From positions 1 to 36,331 of the IMG/VR virus record IMGVR_UViG_3300027791_000001: a stretch of DNA of 36,331 nt; one strand, written 5' to 3'. Under the pieces are notes generated by a model, which was not told where the DNA came from, ran no database searches, and saw nothing but the letters and a program-made list of their open reading frames with translations. The translations under genes were made by a program, and so were the position numbers. Positions 1 through 9,384 of this stretch are shown here, piece after piece. Every line of letters begins with the position of its first letter. Within the stretch, counting starts at the first letter, position 1. Source of the DNA: a virus.

Positions 1-127
1 AAAGGACAGGCTGGAGATCAAGCCTCCTTTCTGGGAGGTAAAGATATTCGATTTGAGAGAGACGGAAAAGGTAATTTTCAACAGTTTGTTGGCGGTAGCA
101 AAGGCAAGGTTTTTACCGAAGACCAAA
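1..127. repeat. Terminal overlap: identical to 36205..36331 (circular closure or assembly overlap)
   Basis: Both ends compared base by base and found to be the same 127-mer. The tape-measure reading frame is continuous across the junction. Confidence 0.95.
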
Positions 128-225
128 TGCAGGCGGGTTTACAAAAGCAGATAGATAAAGACGGCTCCCAAAGTCTTCTCGAAAAAATTAACACAACCCT
201 AGAGGGTAAATTCGTATCTCAATAG
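1..225 (+). CDS. Tail tape measure protein, C-terminal end (wrap-around continuation of 34339..36331; stop TAG at 223-225)
   Basis: Position 1 equals 36205, which is a codon start of the ORF opened at 34339. Frame 1 stays open to TAG at 223-225 (..KGNFQQFVGGSKGKVFTEDQMQAGLQKQIDKDG..VSQ*). Confidence 0.85.
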   Translation, partial: KGQAGDQASFLGGKDIRFERDGKGNFQQFVGGSKGKVFTEDQMQAGLQKQIDKDGSQSLLEKINTTLEGKFVSQ

Positions 226-229
226 AATC

Positions 230-988
230 ATGGCTAGAACAGACGACACACCGCAGAGTTTAGATACTAGATTAACCCTAGACGAGACATCTAACTTCTT
301 CATTAAAGATTCCAAGATTCCAAAATCTTACGTAGTCGTAGAAAAATTTGCTCAAAACAAAGGAGTATACGAACCTGCGTTGAACGGGACTGCTCATCCG
401 AAAAAGACAGATTACTTCTTATACGAGGAAGGGGTGAAAGATATAGGAAACGGAATTTTCGAGATCGAAGCTAAGTATGCTGCTGTTCCTCCCGTATGGT
501 ATTCTTTCGAGACTTTAAATATTCCTTATTTAAAGTTCAAAGGATTAAGCGTCATAGGAGGTGGATCTATAACGATAAATACATCATATTTATTTAACTA
601 TCTAAATGTCCAATCTATTGGCGACGTAAATTTTTTTAATGAAGATGCCTATACGAGTTTTGAAGAAAAAAGCGGGACTATAAATGTAGCCTGCAGAGTT
701 AAGCATGAGTATGTAAATGTCCCAGACGAACAAGTTCTAAGTGGGGATATTCTCCAAATGAATTTTGATATCTCTTCCGATCTTAATTCCTACGGTGACG
801 GCGCATTTAATTGCGGTTACTTCCTAAGAGACGCCGATCCTCAAGTAAATGTATCTATAGACCAAGAAAGCACATTCCAATTTGAGACATCTACCCCATC
901 GCCTAAAGTTAGGATAGCGAGCGGTGTTTATGCGGGTAATATATACTACAAACACACCTATGAAATAATCGCTCCTGTAACAATATGA
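230..988 (+). CDS. Tail-tip structural protein (distal-tail-protein position); function inferred from position only
   Basis: 252-aa ORF starting 4 nt after the tape-measure stop. Its stop overlaps the next start (ATGA). No motif recognised. Confidence 0.4.
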   Translation: MARTDDTPQSLDTRLTLDETSNFFIKDSKIPKSYVVVEKFAQNKGVYEPALNGTAHPKKTDYFLYEEGVKDIGNGIFEIEAKYAAVPPVWYSFETLNIPYLKFKGLSVIGGGSITINTSYLFNYLNVQSIGDVNFFNEDAYTSFEEKSGTINVACRVKHEYVNVPDEQVLSGDILQMNFDISSDLNSYGDGAFNCGYFLRDADPQVNVSIDQESTFQFETSTPSPKVRIASGVYAGNIYYKHTYEIIAPVTI

Positions 989-1569
989 TCGAAAGATTGC
1001 AAAGAGGGGAAGCTCCGTCTTTATTAGATACAGATAAGGCTAATGAGATTATAGACACTATAAATGCTATCACAAATTCTAGAGGCGAAAACGGGATAGA
1101 GGTAGCATCGGATCAAGGCGGGGGGCTGATTTTATCTATAAGAGATGATGGCGATCCTGATCCTCGAGCTTACGCGCCTCTAGAAATAATGGAGGTCACG
1201 AGCGAAAAAGTTTTAGTAAATCCCGCTACAATAAATAACGAATTGATACTTCCGGTAGGAGGAGTAGACTATAACGCAAGCGAATCGAATCAATATTTGT
1301 GTGTAGACGTAAGAATAAACAACAATTCTGAGATCACTTCAGCAGAACTGAAAATTGAATCGTCTCCTCCAGACGCATTCGGACTAGAAAAAGATAAAGC
1401 TCCCGGCGACTTTAAAATTCTAATAGGCATTATAAACGATCTAAGTTTTTACCAATTAAGAACTGGAAATTTAACAGCTAGACCTAGCGCAATTTATGAA
1501 ACACCTAAAGAAACGGTAGACATAGGAGAATACGATCACGACATATACTATAGCTGGGTATTATCTTAA
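985..1569 (+). CDS. Hypothetical protein, tail-tip module
   Basis: 194-aa ORF, ATGA-coupled to the upstream gene, low-GC composition like its neighbours. Confidence 0.4.
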   Translation: MIERLQRGEAPSLLDTDKANEIIDTINAITNSRGENGIEVASDQGGGLILSIRDDGDPDPRAYAPLEIMEVTSEKVLVNPATINNELILPVGGVDYNASESNQYLCVDVRINNNSEITSAELKIESSPPDAFGLEKDKAPGDFKILIGIINDLSFYQLRTGNLTARPSAIYETPKETVDIGEYDHDIYYSWVLS

Positions 1570-1575
1570 CTTGAG

Positions 1576-4323
1576 ATGGACTACACGCCGCCGCCTTCCA
1601 GAAATCAAATTTCATACATTAGCTCTGTAGTTTATCTTGCAAGTGATGATAGCAGATTTAACGCGGGTAAGACTAAACTTGCTACAAACACTGAGTATAA
1701 CTATACTGGAACTGATCCCGATGGTTCCTATTCTAATCACACAATTGACATTGATCAGGAAGTAGAAAGCGGAGCATCTGACGGGCTATTGACATATGGA
1801 ACTACTTACAATTCGGATGCAGAAGGCGTAACTTACACGCAAAGGACTGGATCGACGGCAACAAATGCCGGCTACAGCTCTGGCGACACCGAACATTCGG
1901 GATCACAAACTAGAGATTACGGGCGTTTTCAAAGCACTAGGACTTTCAGTTCGACAAACAATACTTTTTCTAATAGCAATTCAAACAATAACTTCTCCTC
2001 TAGTCGTGCGGGTGTATTCGCATTCTCACAAACCTCTATCGGAGCTACTGACGATAGTTATTCTTACTCATACTCACGTAAAAATAGATCGGATGGTGGG
2101 ACTATAGAATCAAAAGCAGAAAGCCGTTCACCGATAGAGAAGGTATCAGGAGGGCTAACTGCAAGCAATGCTGCGGGGACTACAATATATGGTGACGAAA
2201 CAAGAACTAACTCCGGTTATACTCTCAATCAAACCTTCGTGGTGTTCCAAGATGCGGCAAAAACTACGGAAGAGACTCGGGACACGCTCATAGAGTATTC
2301 GTCGGACGAAGACGGACGGAGCGTGTTTTCGACTTTTTCTACGAATCGAATAATCAGAGGAGGAGCCGGCATATCACGAACTCAAACTGGGGCTACTAAC
2401 GACCAGCAAGGACTGACCTTAATAACTTACGATGACGATGGGAATGCTGGGCAATTCGTGACAGGAAGCACATCTACGGACGGAACTTCTACTAGTTATG
2501 AGACCACAGCTATCGAATCGACTCAGACTGGATCATCTACTCGTAGTGGTAACTTAGGCAGTATAGGCTCTTCTAGGTCATACTTCACTTCTACAGATTC
2601 AATCGTATTGGAGGTTAATTCTACGGCTTCTACATCTACAGAGATCTCAAGGGTTTATAACTTGCCATCTAGCTATACAGACACTATGAGAAGTTACATT
2701 TTAGAGTCTACTGAAATTTCCCAAACAAAAGAGGGGGTCTCATCCTCCTCAGTGGAATTAACCGAAGATATTGTTACATCTCCATACAATTACAGATATT
2801 ACGAGGTGTCTACAAGAGTATATGAAGGTGGATGGGGAGTTTATGGATTTACTGATATTACCTCTGTAGAAAATTCTTTAGATTTTACTACATTCGGAAC
2901 AGATCAAGTTTCTACGAGCGTAGAAATAAATACAAATAGACGAATAGTTACATACAGTCAGGAGAATGCCATAGCAAGTTCTGATACTGACACCACCAAC
3001 ACCACTACTGACGCTGAAGATTTTACTTTTACAATACCTGCGACGACCACCGAGGGTGATCTAGAATACATAAATAACTCTAGTGTCACAACTACTGTCA
3101 TCGAAATCGGCTCCGGCTCTCCGACGAATACATACTATAGAAACCATAATTTCGGAGGATCACCCGCTACATCCTACGATACGGTCGAAGGCAGTTCTGT
3201 GATATACCTTGGAACTACTAGCGCAGATACAGACAGAAAATCTACCTTAACCACCGAGCGCGTAATTTCAATTCAAAGTTCTCCATATGCTAACACATAT
3301 ACGATTGTCGGAACCTTCCACAATATGGATATAGTGATTACTGATACTTATTTCGACGGGACTAATGTGGAGGAACTAACTACAAATAGAATGCGCGGTT
3401 ATACGACTTTCACGAGCTACAAAAATAATTTTTTTGGAGTCGTTGGCGGGAGCATGAGTAAAACTTTTACTTCTATAGATATAGGAAGAAATATTATTTC
3501 GAGTGCTGTGCCTGCAGGGACTTTCATTACTTTTTCTAGCGCGAAATTAGGAATGAGGTATATATCGCAAAGCAATACAAATATAAGCGATCGAAACAAT
3601 TGCTTTCCTCCAGAAATAAAATACACGGAAAATATTCTGACGACTACTATTCAAACATACGAAGGCGCAGAAGCGGAAGCGACATTGCATACAATTACTA
3701 CAAGGGACGACCAAAGCTACGACATTCCTGTTGCTCAAAGATATTCTATTAACGGATTTAATTATCTGATTAGGGATGAAGAATTGACTGTTTACGATAA
3801 CTTGAAAAACAGCATAACCTATGACGATACGAGCGGCAGAAAAGAATCTAGAGCAACTTTTGCAGGAAGCTTCACAACCGTAAGCACTCTGTCCGACGGA
3901 GAAACTGCGACTGCTAAACAAACTTATGTCGGTCATAAAGTTTTTAACACTTTTTTCGATAATGTCGATGGTGCTGTCACCATGCAAGACTTTACAACAT
4001 ACGATGAGGGACGATTCTTTGGGGGCAATGGATTTTATGATACGTATGAATTTTATTTCGGAGGATGCCAGCACTATGGCTCTAACGGGACTCTAAGCTA
4101 CGCGCAGAGTTTGAAATTTACATTAGTAGATCGAAACGACTCTGGTATTACTACAGAAATATCTGGAGACTTATCCGATTCGGGATTCACTACCACAGAG
4201 CTTGACTTAGGCGGGGTATATTTTATATCTACAGCGAATGAGGCAATTGCAGGATCAGAAAATAGATACGGATCTCAGCTAGTTACTAAAACTTATGCAA
4301 GACAGAAAGATATATACTATTAA
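1576..4323 (+). CDS. Large Ser/Thr/Asn/Gly/Tyr-rich tail-tip or fibre protein (915 aa)
   Basis: Longest ORF in the genome, downstream of the tape measure. Long low-complexity runs (e.g. STRTFSSTNNTFSNSNSNNNFSSS, TSTDGTSTSYETTAIESTQTGSSTRSG). Internal track ORFs are shadows. Confidence 0.5.
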   Translation: MDYTPPPSRNQISYISSVVYLASDDSRFNAGKTKLATNTEYNYTGTDPDGSYSNHTIDIDQEVESGASDGLLTYGTTYNSDAEGVTYTQRTGSTATNAGYSSGDTEHSGSQTRDYGRFQSTRTFSSTNNTFSNSNSNNNFSSSRAGVFAFSQTSIGATDDSYSYSYSRKNRSDGGTIESKAESRSPIEKVSGGLTASNAAGTTIYGDETRTNSGYTLNQTFVVFQDAAKTTEETRDTLIEYSSDEDGRSVFSTFSTNRIIRGGAGISRTQTGATNDQQGLTLITYDDDGNAGQFVTGSTSTDGTSTSYETTAIESTQTGSSTRSGNLGSIGSSRSYFTSTDSIVLEVNSTASTSTEISRVYNLPSSYTDTMRSYILESTEISQTKEGVSSSSVELTEDIVTSPYNYRYYEVSTRVYEGGWGVYGFTDITSVENSLDFTTFGTDQVSTSVEINTNRRIVTYSQENAIASSDTDTTNTTTDAEDFTFTIPATTTEGDLEYINNSSVTTTVIEIGSGSPTNTYYRNHNFGGSPATSYDTVEGSSVIYLGTTSADTDRKSTLTTERVISIQSSPYANTYTIVGTFHNMDIVITDTYFDGTNVEELTTNRMRGYTTFTSYKNNFFGVVGGSMSKTFTSIDIGRNIISSAVPAGTFITFSSAKLGMRYISQSNTNISDRNNCFPPEIKYTENILTTTIQTYEGAEAEATLHTITTRDDQSYDIPVAQRYSINGFNYLIRDEELTVYDNLKNSITYDDTSGRKESRATFAGSFTTVSTLSDGETATAKQTYVGHKVFNTFFDNVDGAVTMQDFTTYDEGRFFGGNGFYDTYEFYFGGCQHYGSNGTLSYAQSLKFTLVDRNDSGITTEISGDLSDSGFTTTELDLGGVYFISTANEAIAGSENRYGSQLVTKTYARQKDIYY

Positions 4324-5335
4324 AATAGCGACAGTCATCGTAGCGACTAAATCATATCTCGATCCCTTGAGCGTTTGTCTTCGTCGAACTAGGACGGCGA
4401 TCGATCACGAGACCGAGGAGTTCGATCATCGGCTCATAGTAGTAACTGACAAGGCGAGCAAAAAGGCAGTCGATGTCTTGGCGGCAGACTTCGAGGATAG
4501 AGAGATCATAGCGATCGACATGGAGGAGAGCGGGGAGCATTACAAAAAAGATCGGCAGATCCTAATAGCCTCTTTGCAGTCTACAGGATTTGACGCAGCT
4601 CGAAGATGGGGATGCGACTTTCTCTGGAGCGTCGAAGCGGACGTTCTAGTTCCTCACAATGCTCTATCTGTCTCTCTAGATATGCTACGCTTCGATGGAG
4701 GCTACTACGACGTCTCTTTCGTCACTTATCCTTCGCAGGGAGGCGGGAGCTTCCTAGGAGGATATGGAAGCTATAGGCATCCGATTGCAGAGGACTTTCT
4801 GCCAGAGGAAAGAATCATTCCCAGCAAGTTGCAGCTACTCATAGACTCTTGTGAGGAGAGGCTGCAGAGCAAGGATATGAGCCGAGAATTATTTGACAAG
4901 GAGCATGAGAGAATGGGCAGAATACGGGAGCGAATAAAAAAATGCCCTCCTAGCGGCAATGTCTTCGAGCTTAATTCTAAGAAGTGGAGGCGCAGAGGAT
5001 GGCTAGACAACAGTCACGTCGGCACAGGTCGAGGCGCAGTCATCGAGACGGACTGGACTGGACTCGGATGCACTCTCATGAGCAAGCGGGCAGCATCCCT
5101 AGCTCACTTTGATGGATACGATGGAGGGGGGACACAGGATTTATACCTCAACTGGCACAAATGGCATCCGGAAGGACTGCGATTATGTTGCATCACTCAC
5201 ACGGTCTGCGATCACGTCGTAAGAGACGAAAAAGCAGAGGGAGGACTTACTACTCTCAAGTCTTATCACGAAACAGAGGGAGAGACCAGAGGGCATCTAC
5301 GGTATCGTCGAGTTCCGTTCCATAAATTTATATGA
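4295..5335 (+). CDS. Putative glycosyltransferase-like protein (GT-A-like N-terminus); weak call
   Basis: The N-terminus KIATVIVATKSYLDPLSVCL resembles the first beta-strand and loop of GT-A enzymes. An acidic WSVEADVLVP segment could be DxD-like. Overlaps the upstream ORF by 29 nt and is ATGA-coupled to the SDR gene. Confidence 0.3.
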   Translation: MQDRKIYTIKIATVIVATKSYLDPLSVCLRRTRTAIDHETEEFDHRLIVVTDKASKKAVDVLAADFEDREIIAIDMEESGEHYKKDRQILIASLQSTGFDAARRWGCDFLWSVEADVLVPHNALSVSLDMLRFDGGYYDVSFVTYPSQGGGSFLGGYGSYRHPIAEDFLPEERIIPSKLQLLIDSCEERLQSKDMSRELFDKEHERMGRIRERIKKCPPSGNVFELNSKKWRRRGWLDNSHVGTGRGAVIETDWTGLGCTLMSKRAASLAHFDGYDGGGTQDLYLNWHKWHPEGLRLCCITHTVCDHVVRDEKAEGGLTTLKSYHETEGETRGHLRYRRVPFHKFI

Positions 5336-6321
5336 AAAAAAGACTACTAATAACAGGGAGCGCAGGCTTCGTCGGATCTCATACGGCGAAGTGGGCATTA
5401 GAAAAAACAGACTGGGAAGTGGTCGGACTCGACTCTTTTCGTCATTTAGGCGACGCAGAGCGAGTCTCTGCAGATCTTCGATACTCGATGATCTGTCACG
5501 ATCTTAACGCTCCCATCTCGAAGCGAACAGCGTCTAGAATCGGACATATAGACTACATCATAAACTGCGCCTCGATCTCGCATGTAGACACGTCGATCGA
5601 AGATCCTATCTACGTCTGGGAATCAAACACTCGACTGATCGGCAACATTCTACACTACGCTCGCGAGCTTCCTAGCCTAGAGAAGTTTATCCACTGCTCG
5701 ACAGACGAAGTCTTCGGCTCTGCTTACGGAGACCACTGTCATCACGAGTGGGACGTCATCGCTCCGTCTAATCCCTACGCGGCATCTAAGGCGGCACAGG
5801 ACGCTCTATGCTTCGCCTACTGGAGAACATACGGAACTCCTATCGCGATCACGCATTGCATGAACATGATCGGCACGATGCAGGATCCGGAGAAGTATCT
5901 GCCGAAGATTGTCTCTCGCGTTCACAAGGGAGAATCGGTCACGGTTCACGGACAGCCGGACAAGGTAGGATCTAGAATGTATATCGACTGCAGGAACCTT
6001 GCCGACGCTTGGCTGTTCATGCTCCAAGAGGTAGACTTCGCCTGCTACGGCGAGCAACATTCTCGGATGACTAAGTTTAACATCGCAGGACTAGAGGAGA
6101 TCACGAACCTAGAACTCGCCCAGAAGATTGCTGATCGCATGGGAAAAGAACTCATCTACGAGTTTGTAGATTTCCACAAGACAAGAGCAGGACACGATCT
6201 TCGATACGCTCTAGACAGCAGTAAGATATACGAGGCAGGGTGGCGTCCTCCTATTGAGCTAGAGGAGACGTTCGATCAAGTGATCGACCATGTGAGGAAG
6301 CACGAAGCATGGCAGGAGTAA
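5332..6321 (+). CDS. NAD-dependent sugar-nucleotide epimerase/dehydratase (extended SDR, dTDP-glucose 4,6-dehydratase-like)
   Basis: N-terminal Rossmann motif ITGSAGFVGSH, STDEVFGS, catalytic YAASKAA (YxxxK), and NMIGTMQDPEKYLPK resembling the RmlB NNYGPYQFPEKLIP segment. Confidence 0.85.
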   Translation: MKKRLLITGSAGFVGSHTAKWALEKTDWEVVGLDSFRHLGDAERVSADLRYSMICHDLNAPISKRTASRIGHIDYIINCASISHVDTSIEDPIYVWESNTRLIGNILHYARELPSLEKFIHCSTDEVFGSAYGDHCHHEWDVIAPSNPYAASKAAQDALCFAYWRTYGTPIAITHCMNMIGTMQDPEKYLPKIVSRVHKGESVTVHGQPDKVGSRMYIDCRNLADAWLFMLQEVDFACYGEQHSRMTKFNIAGLEEITNLELAQKIADRMGKELIYEFVDFHKTRAGHDLRYALDSSKIYEAGWRPPIELEETFDQVIDHVRKHEAWQE

Positions 6322-6343
6322 ATTGACATAGAGGGTATTTTTA

Positions 6344-8182
6344 ATGGGACAGTCTGTATATATAAATTTTGACACTGAAAACCTCAGATCAGCTCGAGTT
6401 CGAGGCATCTCAGATCTAAGAAATCAAAAATTCACTCAGTTCGTCGTAGGCGATAGCATCGAACTCGATCTATACCTTACGGGATCAGGAGGAATCTTAA
6501 ATATACAGGACTACTCTGCGATTCGTCTCGGCATAGGTGGTCTCGACGATCGACCTGAGTCTGGAAGTTATGAAGTAGCAGGGTCTGATACTCTAGCTTA
6601 CGATCACTCAGCGTCCGACCTACAGACCGTAGTTGCTTCTGCTGCCTCCTCAAATGTCACGACTAAGCTAACTGACTTCGTGTTCAAAATTCAATTTGAC
6701 GCAGTCGGAGCGCAAACCATCCCATCCCTCGACATCACTTTGCTGCAGCCTCGAAGCACGGTAAGCGTCAGTAGATTAGTAACTGGAGACGCTACGACTA
6801 AAGAGGTCTGGCTCTGGAGGCTCTTCAGAGATCCTCTAGCGTTTACGAATACATTCACAAACATCGCCGGCAACGGAGTGAGAGGAACTCTCTCGCTAGC
6901 TACTGCAGGACTCTACGAGCTTATAGCGCAATCTAGTTCCGTAAATACGTTCTTCGAGGTCGAGCTTACTTCCAGCGAAGGAAACGTCCGCACAGTTTTA
7001 CAAGCTAAAGTATCTCTTAACGGAGAGGTCATCGGTCACAGCTTTTCTGGTTCAGTTCCGTCCGGTGGATCAATGCCTGCCGAGGCTACAGTGTTCCTTC
7101 AGTCCTTTCCTGATCCAGATATCGTAGGCGATCTCACAGTCGATGGCGATGTCGATTTGAATAGTGGACTTCAAGTATATGGCGACGTAACCTTTGAAGA
7201 AGGTGTAGACTTTGAAAAAGGAGCAGAGTTTAAAGGTGGAGTTGGTATCAGCACAGGAGCTGCTTCAGGATATGTCTTAACCTCAGACGCTACAGGAGGA
7301 GCATCTTGGCAGGCTAATGCTGTTAGTTATCCCTTCACAACTGACTTTCTGGGAAGCACAGAGCGAACACAGAATCTAACAAGTATTACAGGCACTAGTG
7401 GCTTCAAAAATCAAAGCACTTTGGATGATATTTATATTGGCAGTAATGTGACTTCGATTGGGTCTTATTCCTTCCAGTATAGCGGTAATTTTAACATCAC
7501 CATTGCTTCGGGTTTAACAACAATTGCTAATTACGGATTCGGTGGGTCTTATATAAGTGGGTCGCTTAAGCTTCCCAACAGCGTGACTACGATTGGGGAT
7601 TACGCATTTATATATTCTACTTTGACTAGCATTACTCTTCCAACTAATGCTAGTTTCACTACGATTTCGTCTGGTGCATTCGTTTACAATAGTTTAACCA
7701 GTCTTACGATCCCAGACAGCGTTACAACGATTGGCTCTTCTGCATTTTCATACGGTTCAATATCTAGTCTTACGATCCCAGACAGCGTGACCTCGATTGG
7801 AGGTAGTGCATTTGCATTCTCTAGTTTGACTAGTGTTACTCTTCCAACTAATGCTAGTTTCACTACGATCCCCAGTTCTGCATTTCAATATTGTGGACTA
7901 ACCAGTATTACGATTCCCAGTAACGTTACCTCGATTGGGGGTTATGCATTCGCAAGTGGTGGACTAACCAGTCTTACGATTCCAAGTAGCGTGACTACGA
8001 TTGGGTCAGGTGCATTTAGATACAATGCTTCATTAACAACAATAAACTGCTTGCGTATGACTCCTCCAACCGTAGTTTCAGGTGCATTCGGCTACGTTAA
8101 TACTACGGAAATTCACGTTCCAACATTAGCCACAGGATACGGGCTTACATTAGACGGCTTGACAGTTGTAAAAGACTTGTAA
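6344..8182 (+). CDS. Tail fibre / receptor-binding protein with C-terminal BspA-type leucine-rich repeats
   Basis: About 10 repeats of ~22-24 aa of the form LTS(I/L)T(I/L)P(D/S/T)SVT(S/T)IG..AF (LRR_5/BspA type). Preceded by the fibre-like ...GYVLTSDATGGASWQ segment. Sits in the tail module next to a fibre assembly chaperone. Confidence 0.7.
   Translation: MGQSVYINFDTENLRSARVRGISDLRNQKFTQFVVGDSIELDLYLTGSGGILNIQDYSAIRLGIGGLDDRPESGSYEVAGSDTLAYDHSASDLQTVVASAASSNVTTKLTDFVFKIQFDAVGAQTIPSLDITLLQPRSTVSVSRLVTGDATTKEVWLWRLFRDPLAFTNTFTNIAGNGVRGTLSLATAGLYELIAQSSSVNTFFEVELTSSEGNVRTVLQAKVSLNGEVIGHSFSGSVPSGGSMPAEATVFLQSFPDPDIVGDLTVDGDVDLNSGLQVYGDVTFEEGVDFEKGAEFKGGVGISTGAASGYVLTSDATGGASWQANAVSYPFTTDFLGSTERTQNLTSITGTSGFKNQSTLDDIYIGSNVTSIGSYSFQYSGNFNITIASGLTTIANYGFGGSYISGSLKLPNSVTTIGDYAFIYSTLTSITLPTNASFTTISSGAFVYNSLTSLTIPDSVTTIGSSAFSYGSISSLTIPDSVTSIGGSAFAFSSLTSVTLPTNASFTTIPSSAFQYCGLTSITIPSNVTSIGGYAFASGGLTSLTIPSSVTTIGSGAFRYNASLTTINCLRMTPPTVVSGAFGYVNTTEIHVPTLATGYGLTLDGLTVVKDL
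7621..7869. repeat. Higher-order DNA repeat inside the LRR region (45 bp with 2 mismatches at 7621-7665 and 7825-7869; 204-bp period)
   Basis: tactcttccaactaatgctagtttcactacgat is identical at 7633-7665 and 7837-7869. The additional agtcttacgatcccagacagcgt copies are 66 bp apart (about 7700 and 7766). Confidence 0.9.
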
Positions 8183-8197
8183 TAGTTGGATGCCTAT

Positions 8198-8998
8198 ATG
8201 AGTAAAAAATTACATTTCGTATCTGGTCTTCCAAGAGCTTGCTCAACGCTACTCTGCAATCTACTAGCACAGAATCCAAAGGTTCACGCTACTCCTACTA
8301 GTGCCTTGCACGAAATAGGCTACATCGCTCGGCAAGTTTTTCAAACTGAAGAAGCAAAAGCAGTAGATATGAAGAATGTCCTTGAGCCTATGTATCTGGA
8401 CTACGTCAAAGCTGGTTGCGAGAATGCTTTCAATAACATCACGGACAGACCTGTAATCGTGGACAAGTGCCGATCTTGGGTTGGTCATCTTGACCAGCTA
8501 TTTAAGGTTTGGGAGGACGCTAAGGTTCTTGTTCCTGTTCGTGACATTAGAGGCGTTCTGTCCAGTATGGAGAAAAAACGCAGACAGCATCCAGAGGTAT
8601 TCAATGGCATTGAGAAAGAGAATCCCCAAAACTGGACAACAATTGATAAACGGGTAAATGGATGGCTACAGAGTCCTCCTATCGGAATTGCTATTGAGAG
8701 ATTGCACGAAGCTAAGGAACGATTCGGAGATAAACTTATGTTTGTTCACGCTGAGGACTTAACTGAAAAACCTCAGCAAGTAATGAACCGAATTTGGGAG
8801 TATCTAGGCGAAGAGCAGTTTATTCACGATACTTCTAATGTAGAGCAATACACTCAAGAATACGATGTTGGTTTTCCCTACGGAGATCACGTTATTCGAC
8901 AAGAAATAAAACCTTTAAAAAAAGACTGGCACGAGATTCTTGGTCGTTCGCTTTCAGAACAACTTAACCAAAAATTTAACTGGATAAATAATTTATGA
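8198..8998 (+). CDS. Sulfotransferase family protein
   Basis: PAPS 5'-phosphosulfate-binding-like loop GLPRACSTLL near the N-terminus and a 3'-phosphate-binding-like VPVRDIRGVLSS. First in-frame ATG is at 8198; the track ORF opens at TTG 8186. Confidence 0.7.
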   Translation: MSKKLHFVSGLPRACSTLLCNLLAQNPKVHATPTSALHEIGYIARQVFQTEEAKAVDMKNVLEPMYLDYVKAGCENAFNNITDRPVIVDKCRSWVGHLDQLFKVWEDAKVLVPVRDIRGVLSSMEKKRRQHPEVFNGIEKENPQNWTTIDKRVNGWLQSPPIGIAIERLHEAKERFGDKLMFVHAEDLTEKPQQVMNRIWEYLGEEQFIHDTSNVEQYTQEYDVGFPYGDHVIRQEIKPLKKDWHEILGRSLSEQLNQKFNWINNL

Positions 8999-9381
8999 AA
9001 TATGCAGTAATTAACTCAAGGGGCAGAGTCCTTCGTTCGTCAAAAGATGAGTTCAAGTTCATCGCTGAAGGCAACAAAATGGTATCTATATCAAACGAAA
9101 AAGCTAAGCAGGTCGAAGCTTCAAGCGAACCGTTGTTCCTAGTTGAAGGAAACTTAATTACTTTAAAGGAGAAGTTATTTAATGATAACCCTGAAGCAAT
9201 AAAGGAGTCCTTACGTCCAGAACGCAATCGACTACTCGCTGAGTCCGATTGGACGCAGTTAAATAACTCACCGCTTGCCGAAGCCGAGGTATTCTCTTGG
9301 GCTGAATACCGTCAGAAGCTTCGCGACCTTACTGACAACATTGACAACAACGTCAAAGTAGAGTTTCCTTTAGCTCCATAG
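8995..9381 (+). CDS. Tail fibre assembly chaperone (Tfa-like)
   Basis: The C-terminal half RNRLLAESDWTQLNNSPLAEAEVFSWAEYRQKLRDL matches the hallmark motif of caudoviral tail fibre assembly proteins. ATGA-coupled. Confidence 0.6.
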   Translation: MKYAVINSRGRVLRSSKDEFKFIAEGNKMVSISNEKAKQVEASSEPLFLVEGNLITLKEKLFNDNPEAIKESLRPERNRLLAESDWTQLNNSPLAEAEVFSWAEYRQKLRDLTDNIDNNVKVEFPLAP

Positions 9382-9384
9382 AAA

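Noticed and set aside
6344-8182. Diversity-generating retroelement targeting the repeat-rich fibre
   Set aside because: No reverse transcriptase ORF and no template repeat outside the gene. The repeats are ordinary LRR units.
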